Source: an uncultured virus (IMG/VR IMGVR_UViG_3300042507_001994)
Taxonomy: Duplodnaviria > Heunggongvirae > Uroviricota > Caudoviricetes
Virus record (IMG/VR): IMGVR_UViG_3300042507_001994
DNA length: 64,000 bases
Direction: 5' to 3' (one strand)
Positions 53,404-62,697 of this stretch are shown here, one piece after another. The notes beneath the pieces are model-generated. The model saw nothing but the letters and a program-made list of their open reading frames with translations. It did not search any database and had not been told where the DNA came from. Every line of letters begins with the position of its first letter. Within the stretch, counting starts at the first letter, position 1. The translations under genes and the position numbers were made by a program.

Positions 53404-56073
53404 TCATCCTCCGTAGGGCAATCCATAGGGCGACATTCTCAGCCCTGCTTGAACATCTGCAATGTTGGGCCGATCCTGTTCTTGCTTCTTCTGCTGATTC
53501 ATCATTGCCATCAGCGCGAATAAGCCCTGTAGGTCTCCCATTGGCGAGCGGGTGGGCGCGGGTGGGCGCGGCGCCGGAGCGGGTGCTGGGGCTGGTGCCG
53601 GCGCAGGAGCGGGCGCAGGAGCAGGCGACGGGGCCGCGATGACATTCCCCGCGTAGTCCACGATGTTGCCCGTGGAGGACTCAAGTCCTTGATCTGCGCC
53701 GCCAGGGACGATAGCACCAGGGACGCCATTCAGTTGCTCCAACAGGTCAAAAATTTCCTGCCCATAGTCCCCTTCGGTAGCAGCAGTATCTAGCGTCAGC
53801 GTGCCGCCGTAGGTTGGGTCAAAGACGCTTTCTTGCGTTAGGTCGTAACCTTCATCCACGCTTCCGACGCCACCCTCTGGCGGCAAAGTAGGAAGAATCT
53901 CTTCCAGGATTTGCTCCCACTCGTCCTTTGCTGGTAAACCAGTATCAATGACAGGTCGTTGGGTCGCGACATCTTCATCAATGTACTTGAAGATGTCATC
54001 AAGCGACGGGGGAGGCGGCTCAACAGGAAGTGGTTCCGCAAAGGTCGGCTCTGCAGGAGGCTGCTCAACAACCGGTAATTCAACAAACGGCGGCTCTACA
54101 GGCGGTGGCTCAACAAACGGTGGTTCGGTAAGAAATGGCTCCTCAAACTCAGGAAAAAAGGGCGGCGGCTCAACAGGCGGTGGTTCTGTAAGAAGAGGCT
54201 CTTCAAACTCGGGGAAAATGGGTGGCGGCTCAGCAAGAGGCGGCTCAGCAGGAGCGGGTTCGGTAAGGGGCGGCTCCTCAAACTCGGGGAAAAGGGGTGG
54301 TTCTGCAACAGGCAGCTCTACAGGAGGCGGCTCTGTAAAAAGCGGTTCTTCAAACTCCGGGAATAGCGGCGTCTCTTCAAAGAACGGAGGCTCAACAGGA
54401 GGCGGCTCTACGGGCTCAGGCTCAACAGGCGCCAAGTCGTAAATATTGGGCGTGAAGTATTCCGGCTCGGGCTCGAAGAACGGCGGCGCTGTGACCTCTA
54501 CCGGGGGCTCATCAGACGGAGGTGCTTCTGTTGCTTCGCTGGGTGTCGTGATGTACGGCTCAACGAATTCATCCTTCGGCTGTTGAGTTTCTGGAGTGAA
54601 GATGTCGGGCTCTGCTGGCTCTGTGGGCAGCGTGACCGGCGGATTGATGTTCAGCAGTTCTTCTGCAAGATCTTCAATCGTTCTTTCAGTCTCAAAATCC
54701 CCGCTAAAAACATCTCCTTCACCGCCTGTAAACGCGTCTTCTTCAGACACAACATCGCGTGACGGCTGAACTACATCCAGGGCCCGTGAAGGATCTCTGT
54801 ATGCCTGATCAATAACGGCTTGCTGTTGATTTTCTTCAAGCTGTTGGACAAAGTCAGTAGCCGCCGTGAGCGCCTTCATCGGGTCGATCTTGCCGGAGGT
54901 GCCAAGCTCAACAGCCCCCCGAACAACGCTTGACGGCAGACCCAAAGTCTCACTAGCAGACCCAATAGCGGAGCCTGTCAAACTACCCACGACAGCGTCG
55001 CCAAAGTCCTGCTTGCCGCTAAGCTCCCCCATGATGCCGCTGGTGATGGCACGCTCTGCAGCTTTCTCCAATGGGCCAAGGGATTCAGGCACAAGGCCGC
55101 TAACAACACTGGACACACCTGTGCCGGCCAAGGGCAAAACGCCTGCCTTGGCTACATCGCCCAGGTCACCGCCAGTGATTGCGGACAAGCCCGCATTCAC
55201 AATGCCCTTACCTACCGCAGCCGTTACTGCAGCTTCCGAGACCCCCAATGCGCCTGCAATGCCCTTGGCTGCTTCAGCAGGAAGAAGCGCATTGCCAAGG
55301 GATGAGATTGCCTCTCCCCCGTAGCCAGGGATACCGACGACGGTTGTGGCTACCGGCAGCACAAAGTCCTTAAAGAAGGACTTGATGTCGTCGTCGTCGC
55401 CCGTCTTGGTCTGCGCAACAACCTCTCCAGACGGCAGTTTGAATCCCGTGTAGTTGTTGTAGTTATGGAAATTGCTGCGCTTGGAAACAAAGTCGTAGCC
55501 CTCTGCCCGCTTTTGGTCTACGAACTGCTGCAGTGCCCTTGTGGGATTGCCCTGCATGAAGCCGCCTTCACTATCGTAGCCGACTTCAAACATTTGCCCC
55601 TTGAACCCAAGCTGCGGCGCAACTTGAGCCCAACGGCTGTAATCTACCGGGCCCTGAGACGGCACGCCTCCTTCGTCAGTCTGAACGTAGTCAGGAACCC
55701 ATTCGGAGTAGATCTTTGACGCGGGCTCGTATGCTTGCGTAAACGGCAGTACCGCAGACTCCCAAGAGCCAAACGCTTTCTTGCTGAAAAACGGAGATGC
55801 CTTTTCAAAGCCTTCCAGCACCTTCATTGCATAGCCAAGGCGCTCCTGATCTGATGCCTTGGAAACATCCTCTGGGACGCTGTCGGCTGCGTCGGTGTAG
55901 TCACGAATGACGCGCTGCCCTGAGCCCTTGACATTGGTTCCCCAAGCGTCAAGAACCTTGTCAACCGCTGACTTGACCTTGGGGTCAACCACGCTGCGCT
56001 GCGCCATCAAGGCAGCCGGCATAACCGGCCCGAAGGAGTAGTCGATTGCGGAGTTATCAGGAGCTGTTGTCAT
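53404..56073 (-). CDS. Large acidic Pro/Glu-rich putative internal virion protein
   Basis: 889 aa; G/A-rich hydrophobic middle part, EPP/FPEFEEP repeats, PA repeat. Confidence 0.7.
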   Translation of the reverse strand: MTTAPDNSAIDYSFGPVMPAALMAQRSVVDPKVKSAVDKVLDAWGTNVKGSGQRVIRDYTDAADSVPEDVSKASDQERLGYAMKVLEGFEKASPFFSKKAFGSWESAVLPFTQAYEPASKIYSEWVPDYVQTDEGGVPSQGPVDYSRWAQVAPQLGFKGQMFEVGYDSEGGFMQGNPTRALQQFVDQKRAEGYDFVSKRSNFHNYNNYTGFKLPSGEVVAQTKTGDDDDIKSFFKDFVLPVATTVVGIPGYGGEAISSLGNALLPAEAAKGIAGALGVSEAAVTAAVGKGIVNAGLSAITGGDLGDVAKAGVLPLAGTGVSSVVSGLVPESLGPLEKAAERAITSGIMGELSGKQDFGDAVVGSLTGSAIGSASETLGLPSSVVRGAVELGTSGKIDPMKALTAATDFVQQLEENQQQAVIDQAYRDPSRALDVVQPSRDVVSEEDAFTGGEGDVFSGDFETERTIEDLAEELLNINPPVTLPTEPAEPDIFTPETQQPKDEFVEPYITTPSEATEAPPSDEPPVEVTAPPFFEPEPEYFTPNIYDLAPVEPEPVEPPPVEPPFFEETPLFPEFEEPLFTEPPPVELPVAEPPLFPEFEEPPLTEPAPAEPPLAEPPPIFPEFEEPLLTEPPPVEPPPFFPEFEEPFLTEPPFVEPPPVEPPFVELPVVEQPPAEPTFAEPLPVEPPPPSLDDIFKYIDEDVATQRPVIDTGLPAKDEWEQILEEILPTLPPEGGVGSVDEGYDLTQESVFDPTYGGTLTLDTAATEGDYGQEIFDLLEQLNGVPGAIVPGGADQGLESSTGNIVDYAGNVIAAPSPAPAPAPAPAPAPAPAPAPRPPAPTRSPMGDLQGLFALMAMMNQQKKQEQDRPNIADVQAGLRMSPYGLPYGG

Positions 56074-57419
56074 GTCAGATCCCAGAACGCCATCGTGCCG
56101 ATGGCATCATGCGTGCCGCTCAGTGCGCGAACCGCGATGGTGTAGGTATCGCTTACCCCCGCCAGAGTGGCGCCAAGCTGCAGATCCCAGTTGTAGTCGG
56201 CGCCATTGGCGATTGGTGCAGACGATTGCGTTGATGCCACGACATAGCTTGAGAAGATGATCGTGCCCCCGGTCAGGGCAGTGGCCGACAGGTCTTGCTC
56301 CACATTAGCCGATGGGGACGCTGCCCAAGAGGCGCCGGTCAAGGTGGCATTCTTGATCATCGCCACTTCAAACGTGACGGTTGAGGTCGCGGTTGGCAGC
56401 ACCGAGTACCCGTCCGGGATCACAACCGCCCCCGTTCGTCCAGAAGCCAGCCTGATAGACATCAGAGGCACAAAGTTGACACCAATGTTGGTGTTGGCCG
56501 TCGTCATGCGGACAACGTCAGTAGCCACTCGCTTCTCATAGCCACCCTCAGAAATCACCGTGGAGCAGATCTGCTTGAGCGTAGCCGCAGTGCTGACCCC
56601 AGTGTTGGTGATCTCGTACCTGACCGGCAGGATTGCCGTGGTCATGTAAACGCTGGTCAGGTTGTTGGCGTTTTGGAACGTGTGGCAGATGATGACCTGA
56701 CCGTTGATGACAAACCCAGCCCGGACGGAGCCAACACCAAGCCACTCGAAGTCTTCCCAGAAGATCTGCGCCTTGGTCAAGTCAAGCGTGAAGCCCGAGT
56801 CTCCGGTGCCATTGAGCTTGTCGCCGTTCCAATCGGCCTGGGCCACGCGGGTGTCCACCGCCACCCCCGTGACATACGTCCTGCGGACGATGTACACCGT
56901 GGTGCCGTCGCGCTCCAGGAACACCCCGTTTTCGGTGTTGAAGTAACCAATACGGATGCGTTGGTTCTCGTTTGCCGTGGGCATCACGAAGGTGTTCAGC
57001 ACCAGCAGGCTTTTCCCAGGCTGGTAAGAGAATGACCGATACGTCTGGCGCACAACCTCCGAGCCGCTGCTCGTGGTGACGTTTAACTCAACCGTGCTGG
57101 AGTTGGCGCTGTAGGTCACATTGCCGCCCGTAGCGGTGCTCTCACTGAACAGGTCGTTCTTGGCGTAGCGGTTCTGGCTGTCGAACAGTGTGAAAGGCTG
57201 GCTGAAGCGAGCGCGTCCAAACGCATCCAGCGCGGAGCCGTAGAAATTAACCGCCACTGGGGATGCGCTCACAATCTGCTCCAGGAGGTTGTCAAGCTGG
57301 TTGAAGTAAATCCGCAGAACGCTCAGCAGCTTGTCGAAGTACTGCGGATCGTAGGTGCGCGAGGCGACCGGCAGTGCCGGAGCCTTGAACCGCTTGATGA
57401 TGTTGGCCCAGATACTCAC
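56070..57419 (-). CDS. Putative tail-associated structural protein
   Basis: N-terminal LRIYFNQLD helix fused to a large beta domain (DAFGR...YQPGKS...WLGVGSVR). Confidence 0.6.
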   Translation of the reverse strand: MSIWANIIKRFKAPALPVASRTYDPQYFDKLLSVLRIYFNQLDNLLEQIVSASPVAVNFYGSALDAFGRARFSQPFTLFDSQNRYAKNDLFSESTATGGNVTYSANSSTVELNVTTSSGSEVVRQTYRSFSYQPGKSLLVLNTFVMPTANENQRIRIGYFNTENGVFLERDGTTVYIVRRTYVTGVAVDTRVAQADWNGDKLNGTGDSGFTLDLTKAQIFWEDFEWLGVGSVRAGFVINGQVIICHTFQNANNLTSVYMTTAILPVRYEITNTGVSTAATLKQICSTVISEGGYEKRVATDVVRMTTANTNIGVNFVPLMSIRLASGRTGAVVIPDGYSVLPTATSTVTFEVAMIKNATLTGASWAASPSANVEQDLSATALTGGTIIFSSYVVASTQSSAPIANGADYNWDLQLGATLAGVSDTYTIAVRALSGTHDAIGTMAFWDLT

Positions 57420-59569
57420 GATTTGCGCCCGTCAGGACGAAGATCGATCCGGAACTTGCCCAACTGCCACTGCACGCCCAGCGAGTTTGAACGCGCCTTG
57501 ACCGCCATCTGCCTGCCGCGCACGCGGATGTACAGGTTGCCCTGGTAGGGTGTGATGGTGCCTGAGAAGCGCTCGACGCCGTTGTTGGCGTCACGCTGGA
57601 TCGTGCGCTCGTTGTTGAGTGCCACCGACATGTTGGCCGAAGGCGCCACGTTCGTCACCCCCCGCGTGTACCCGGAGCCCGAGTTCTGCAGGGGCAGGAG
57701 CGACATATTCAGGGACTGGTTCTCAACCGCTGTGGTAGACCCTGCAAAAGTCACATCAGGCAGCATCCGCGTGACAAAGCCAAAGTTGTGGCCGTCGTCA
57801 ATGTCGAATTCGGAGGAAACGATGTAGGAGTCAATAGCCACTGGAGGATTCACCGACCCGTCGTCACAACCGATCTCGTGGTACAGCAGTTGATAGTTGT
57901 AGTCCGCTGCTACGGGGATGTTGGAAAAGACACTGGCGTCGTTCCAAGCCGTCCGAGCCATGCTGCCGTAGTACCAGATCTTTTCAGCGTAGTTGTAGAC
58001 GGCGTAGCGGTCAACCGTAGTTGAGGAAGCGGAGCAGTAGAACCACCACACTTCACTGAACTGCTCAACGGTGGACGCAAAGACCTGAAGGTTTTGGCCT
58101 TGATTGAAGTCGTCAAAGATGAACTTGCGGATGTCGCACTGAAGCGTGCTCGTGCGCCCGTCGAAGACGTAGAACTTCTCGTCGCCCATCCAGTACACCA
58201 CGCCCGCCGCCACAGCCCAGGCGCGGTCACTGACGATGGTGACGTTGTCAGCAAGGATCTGCGAGCCCCAGACGATGGGCGGGCCGAGGTACTGCAGGGA
58301 GTACAGCGCCGTGTCCGTCCAGACCAGGATCTCCTGACGCGTTTGCGCCACGGCAGCGATTGCCGAGCCCCGAGACAGCGTCAGACTTCCCGCCTGCCCC
58401 GTAGCGGCGGGGGTCCAGTTGGCGGCGCTTTCCTGATCCGACCAGCGAATCAGCATGGGGTTGAGCGTGGTCGAGCCATAGTCCGTCGTGCCGAAGGCTA
58501 GGACGAAGCGCGAGGCGTCGGAGACAAGCCGGAAGAGCGCCGCAGACGGCGTGTCGCTGGCGCCGGGCAGGGTGGAGATGTCTACACCACGGTTCGTGAA
58601 TCCCGCTGAAGAGTCCCAGTAATAGATCCCGCCGCCCTTGGGGCCGTAGATTAGATCCTCACCGAAGTTGGCGTGGTTCCACAGCCCGATCTGCAGGGGG
58701 TTGCCGAAAGTGAACGCCCCGCCCCCGCCCCAGCTACCGCTGCCCCAGCCGCCCCCGCCCCAGCCCGTGCTTGTCGTACTGGTAACCTGTTGGAGTTCCG
58801 ACCCAGCGCTGACTTGGTAGTTAGACACTACCCCTGCACCACCTGAAGCACTAGAGGTAGCGTTGGTGGACGCTTGGATGAAATACGTAGCTACGTTCTC
58901 AGCGCCAAGCTGCGCGCCCGCAGGGATGTCGCTCGTAAACGCACTGCTGAGCGTGTACACGCCCGCCCCGCCCGTACCAGTGATTGTGCGCGTCTCACCG
59001 TTGTAATCCAGCGAAGCACCGGAAACAATGATCCCTGGAGAGTTGACTGCACTGACAGTCAACGTAGTGCCGCTGGATGAGCAAGTGATCAGCGTGACGT
59101 TCGAGAGGATTTGATACTCGGAAGTACCGCCGACACCTGCGGTATTGAGGTTTATGCCACCAATAGTCCCGGGGGACGTAAAGGTGACGTAGGAACCCAC
59201 CGTGAGCAGTCCGTTGACGAACGTCCCGACACCGGTAGAGGTGTCAACCACGGCGACATACGGGAAGCCGTTATAGGTGTTGAGAGACGTCAGCGCCCCA
59301 GTGACTCGGATCGGCGTGATGTCGTAGTACTGCCCGTAGTACACGTAGTACTTCAGGTGCGTGCCAAGGCCCAGGTAGATGTTCCAAGGCCACAGGGCAC
59401 GACAGACACCCAGGAAGGTATCGTTGTTGAGTTGTTGCCAGCCGCCGATCTTCTCCGGTTGCCCGGAGCGAAAACGCACTTTGTCGCACTCGTACCATCC
59501 GCCTTCTGCGGAGTAGCGGGTGTTTTCCCGGAAGATCCCGGGACGAAGTTGTAGCGTCTTCAGGGGCAT
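57416..59569 (-). CDS. Tail stabilisation/nozzle protein (P22 gp10-like)
   Basis: 717 aa, VRFRSGQPEKIGGW...IRWSDQE...EVWWFY; propeller-like composition. Confidence 0.7.
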   Translation of the reverse strand: MPLKTLQLRPGIFRENTRYSAEGGWYECDKVRFRSGQPEKIGGWQQLNNDTFLGVCRALWPWNIYLGLGTHLKYYVYYGQYYDITPIRVTGALTSLNTYNGFPYVAVVDTSTGVGTFVNGLLTVGSYVTFTSPGTIGGINLNTAGVGGTSEYQILSNVTLITCSSSGTTLTVSAVNSPGIIVSGASLDYNGETRTITGTGGAGVYTLSSAFTSDIPAGAQLGAENVATYFIQASTNATSSASGGAGVVSNYQVSAGSELQQVTSTTSTGWGGGGWGSGSWGGGGAFTFGNPLQIGLWNHANFGEDLIYGPKGGGIYYWDSSAGFTNRGVDISTLPGASDTPSAALFRLVSDASRFVLAFGTTDYGSTTLNPMLIRWSDQESAANWTPAATGQAGSLTLSRGSAIAAVAQTRQEILVWTDTALYSLQYLGPPIVWGSQILADNVTIVSDRAWAVAAGVVYWMGDEKFYVFDGRTSTLQCDIRKFIFDDFNQGQNLQVFASTVEQFSEVWWFYCSASSTTVDRYAVYNYAEKIWYYGSMARTAWNDASVFSNIPVAADYNYQLLYHEIGCDDGSVNPPVAIDSYIVSSEFDIDDGHNFGFVTRMLPDVTFAGSTTAVENQSLNMSLLPLQNSGSGYTRGVTNVAPSANMSVALNNERTIQRDANNGVERFSGTITPYQGNLYIRVRGRQMAVKARSNSLGVQWQLGKFRIDLRPDGRKS

Positions 59570-59573
59570 AGCA

Positions 59574-60101
59574 TTACCTCAAGAACAGCGTCCGCTCATC
59601 ACGGCGGCGCTTGACGAGGCCCGGAAGTTCTTTGCCGCCACCTTTGGTCCACTGCATGAACGCATCAGCAGCCCCTTCAATATCACCGCGATTGGCCTTC
59701 ATGCGGATCTGACTGCGCTGGAGGTTGCCTAGCCCTGCATTGAACGCAAAACTGACCAAAGCGTCGAACCGGCCTTGATGACCAGCACAGCCGGGAACCA
59801 GACGAAGAACGCCTCGTTCAAAAGCAGCGACATCCATCGAGAATAGTCTCTCGATCTCTTCCTTGGACCAGACACGGTTGTCCTCCGGCTTGAGCGGGTA
59901 CTCCCGACGGATCATCGGGATGTCCTGCGTGGTCTTGTCAGGCGGACGCACCATGGGTAGGCGAATCTGATCCTGATACAGAACATGCCCGTACCCAATG
60001 GTCCAGATGTGCGCAGGGCACAGGTAGGGCCGCGTGCGGTAGCCCTCGTACCTGTGCATGAGATCTGCGCCAACCGGGCTCAGTTTCACTTCTTGCTCCA
60101 C
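59574..60101 (-). CDS. Endolysin, GH24 lysozyme
   Basis: YEG...YLCPAHIWTIGYGH, FDALVSFAFNAG, GLVKRRRDE. Confidence 0.9.
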   Translation of the reverse strand: MEQEVKLSPVGADLMHRYEGYRTRPYLCPAHIWTIGYGHVLYQDQIRLPMVRPPDKTTQDIPMIRREYPLKPEDNRVWSKEEIERLFSMDVAAFERGVLRLVPGCAGHQGRFDALVSFAFNAGLGNLQRSQIRMKANRGDIEGAADAFMQWTKGGGKELPGLVKRRRDERTLFLR

Positions 60102-60589
60102 TGCCGACTCCCGAACCAGAAGCTGATGATGCCGCTTAACATCACCATTTCATCTTCGCTAAAGATGATGGCCGTCACGCGGATCAGGTCATCAACACTC
60201 TGGATCAGGCCAGGATGCTTCCAGACATAGAGCGTCAGGGCTGCGTTGATCAACACAAGCTCGATGATGAAGATGTAGGTGACCGTGGGGCGCACCGTCC
60301 CAACGTAGTTCGCCACCCACCGGCTGGCACGATCCAAGACCTTCTCGTCGTGCTGCAGCGCAGCCTGGGTCATCTGCGCCTCAGTCTGCATCGCAACCTG
60401 CTCGGTGCGGATCTCCTCCATCTTGGCCTGGGCGGCATAGCCCTGGGCGGCAAGCTGAAGCTCGCGCTCCGTCTGGAGCCGCGCCATTGCGATCTCGTGC
60501 TTCTGGTCGGACTTGTTCTGGAAGAACTCCAGCAGTTTTGGCAGACCGCTGATCAGGAGGCCACCGAGGGTGGAGAGCAGGCTGAGCAT
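60086..60589 (-). CDS. Putative holin (3TM type)
   Basis: D.KHE...VRPTVTY...IISFWFGSR; adjacent to the lysozyme. Confidence 0.65.
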   Translation of the reverse strand: MLSLLSTLGGLLISGLPKLLEFFQNKSDQKHEIAMARLQTERELQLAAQGYAAQAKMEEIRTEQVAMQTEAQMTQAALQHDEKVLDRASRWVANYVGTVRPTVTYIFIIELVLINAALTLYVWKHPGLIQSVDDLIRVTAIIFSEDEMVMLSGIISFWFGSRQWSKK

Positions 60590-60591
60590 GA

Positions 60592-61002
60592 TTACCCCTT
60601 GGTCGTGATGACATCATCACCGCGCTGGACAGTGACCTTGTCGCCTTCCACATTGACCTTCATAGACGGCTCATGCCGCTCAGGCTTGTCCAGCCGGTCG
60701 ATCAGTTCCTTGATGATGGTGATCTCGGGCTTCTCTTCCTTCTTGGTCTCGTTGACGATGCCGTTGACCATCTGTATTAAAGCCATGGTGGCGGTTGCCA
60801 CAAGCCCAATGACGGCAGGCAGCGCCTCGGTATTTAGGAAGGCCGACGACACCACGCCCACGAGGACCAGCAGAAAGATCCAGATGATGGCCGTCTTTCC
60901 GATGGCCTTGGCCGCGACCTCTTTTGCTGTGGCTTGAGCCTCTAGGCGCTGAAGTTCTACAGCAGCCTGTGCCTTCAAGGTTTTCAGATCAATTGGTTCC
61001 AT
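60592..61002 (-). CDS. Two-TM membrane protein
   Basis: Start MEPIDLK; two hydrophobic helices. Confidence 0.6.
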   Translation of the reverse strand: MEPIDLKTLKAQAAVELQRLEAQATAKEVAAKAIGKTAIIWIFLLVLVGVVSSAFLNTEALPAVIGLVATATMALIQMVNGIVNETKKEEKPEITIIKELIDRLDKPERHEPSMKVNVEGDKVTVQRGDDVITTKG

Positions 61003-61274
61003 CACAACATCCTGGGTTCCCGGAAGGCTCGTGCCGGGATCACGGAAACATCCCCGTCGAGCCATGCGATTTGAACAGAGTCGGCGCTCAGAATCCAGCA
61101 GCCCGGCACGCGAATCTTTTCCTTGATAAACAAAGCCCATCGAGCCGCGCCAACGCATGGTCCCGGCTCCCGATGAAGCTCAACACGGACCTCCCCGTCC
61201 CAGGCTTCAGCGATTACATCGCCTGCCGCGCTGCCTGCGAGCAGCAAGCTGAGCAAGGCGACGAGATAGCGCAT
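61002..61274 (-). CDS. Small secreted protein
   Basis: Signal-peptide-like MRYLVALLSLLLAGSAAG; two Cys (GCW). Confidence 0.55.
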   Translation of the reverse strand: MRYLVALLSLLLAGSAAGDVIAEAWDGEVRVELHREPGPCVGAARWALFIKEKIRVPGCWILSADSVQIAWLDGDVSVIPARAFREPRML

Positions 61275-61278
61275 GACG

Positions 61279-61380
61279 TTATCCTTTACCCTCGGCAAAC
61301 ACGTTCACAAATACCGTACCGTCTTCCAACGCTTCTATCTCATGCCATTCGTTGGCGGCAAGGGTGGTGATCGGTGCCAT
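61279..61380 (-). pseudogene. 33-aa remnant of a cupin-like gene
   Basis: MAPITTLAANEWHEIEALEDGTVFVNVFAEGKG; GGAGGAG RBS; only the second cupin motif is present. Confidence 0.5.
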
Positions 61381-61381
61381 G

Positions 61382-61684
61382 CTACTCCTCCAATTTCTGT
61401 CGCAACGCATCCAACACAAACGTCGCCTTGCGCTGTTCCAGTCGCTCTGTCAAAAGCGTGCGCTCCAGTTTGTCCTTGAACTGCAAGTCCGACAGCAACT
61501 GAATTTCCTCAAACGACCACTGCTCAATGAGCGAGACCGGCTCCGCTGCACGGTGCGGCAATAGGCGCTCGGGCCAATGCGGCAGCAGGGCAATCATGGC
61601 CGTGTAGTTGTCGATGTTGATCTGGTAGTGCGCGATTTCATCCTCGCGCTGCTTGATAGCTTCGGTGAGTTGTTCTTGGTTCAT
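61382..61684 (-). CDS. Helical hypothetical protein (possible partner of the propeller protein)
   Basis: REDEIAHYQINIDNY...LLTERLEQRKA. Confidence 0.6.
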   Translation of the reverse strand: MNQEQLTEAIKQREDEIAHYQINIDNYTAMIALLPHWPERLLPHRAAEPVSLIEQWSFEEIQLLSDLQFKDKLERTLLTERLEQRKATFVLDALRQKLEE

Positions 61685-62697
61685 ATCGTTCTCCAGGTTA
61701 CGCCTTTACCATTTCCGGCAGGCAAAGTTGACGGGTTTGTATATTTAGTACCAAAACCTGCGCTCCAAGGATAAACAGAAATAAATGGTGTAGTGGTGTG
61801 AGCCACTGCAATGTCAGCACCTGATGAAGAAAATGCTACGCCCAAACCATTTCCCGTAGGTAAAGTGGCTGGATTGGAGTATTTGGTTCCAAAACCCGAA
61901 CTCCAAACCCAGGCGGAAATACGAGGTGACGTATCATGAGCAATAGCTATGTCTGCGCCTGATGGAGAAAATGCTATACCATTTCCGGTCCCAGTAGCCA
62001 AAGTTGACGGGTTTGTGTATTTAGTACCAAAACCTGAACTCCAGGGGTATACGGTAATATATGGATTATTGTTGTGAGTAACGGCTATATCCGCTCCAGA
62101 AGGAGAAAATGCTACGCCATAACACTCACCCGTAGGTAAAGTGGCTGGGTTTGCATACTTTGTTCCAAAGCCCGAACTCCAAGGATAAACGGATATCCAT
62201 GGTGTTGAACCAAAATGGCCTACTGCAATGTCCGCACCCGAGGGAGAAAATGCTACGCCCAAACCAGTTCCGGCAGGTGACGTGGCTGGGTTTGCGTATT
62301 TGGTGCCAAATCCAGAACTCCAAGGATAAACAGAAATAAATGGTGTAGTGGTGTGAGCCACTGCAATGTCAGCACCTGATGGAGAAAATGCCACCCCATT
62401 TCCAGTTCCGGTAGGTAACGTGGCTGGATCGGCGTATTTTGTGCCAAAGCCTGCGCTCCATGGGTAAACGGAGATAAAGGGTGTAGTGTCGTGAGCCACT
62501 GCAATGTCCGCACCCGAGGGAGAAAATGCTACGCCCAAACCAGTTCCGGCAGGTAACGTGGCTGGATCGGAGTATTTGGTTCCAAACCCGCCACTCCATG
62601 GGTAAACGGAAATAAAGGGTGAAGTGGCGTGAGCCACTGCAATATACGCAGTAGCAATAAATGCGCTTTCCCTTATTGCACGCGCAGCAAAAGTCAT
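61681..62697 (-). CDS. Seven-bladed beta-propeller with near-identical ~46-aa repeats
   Basis: 7x IAVAH..TPFISVYPWS.GFGTKY..P.TLP.G.G.GVAFSPSGAD. Confidence 0.85.
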   Translation of the reverse strand: MTFAARAIRESAFIATAYIAVAHATSPFISVYPWSGGFGTKYSDPATLPAGTGLGVAFSPSGADIAVAHDTTPFISVYPWSAGFGTKYADPATLPTGTGNGVAFSPSGADIAVAHTTTPFISVYPWSSGFGTKYANPATSPAGTGLGVAFSPSGADIAVGHFGSTPWISVYPWSSGFGTKYANPATLPTGECYGVAFSPSGADIAVTHNNNPYITVYPWSSGFGTKYTNPSTLATGTGNGIAFSPSGADIAIAHDTSPRISAWVWSSGFGTKYSNPATLPTGNGLGVAFSSSGADIAVAHTTTPFISVYPWSAGFGTKYTNPSTLPAGNGKGVTWRTI

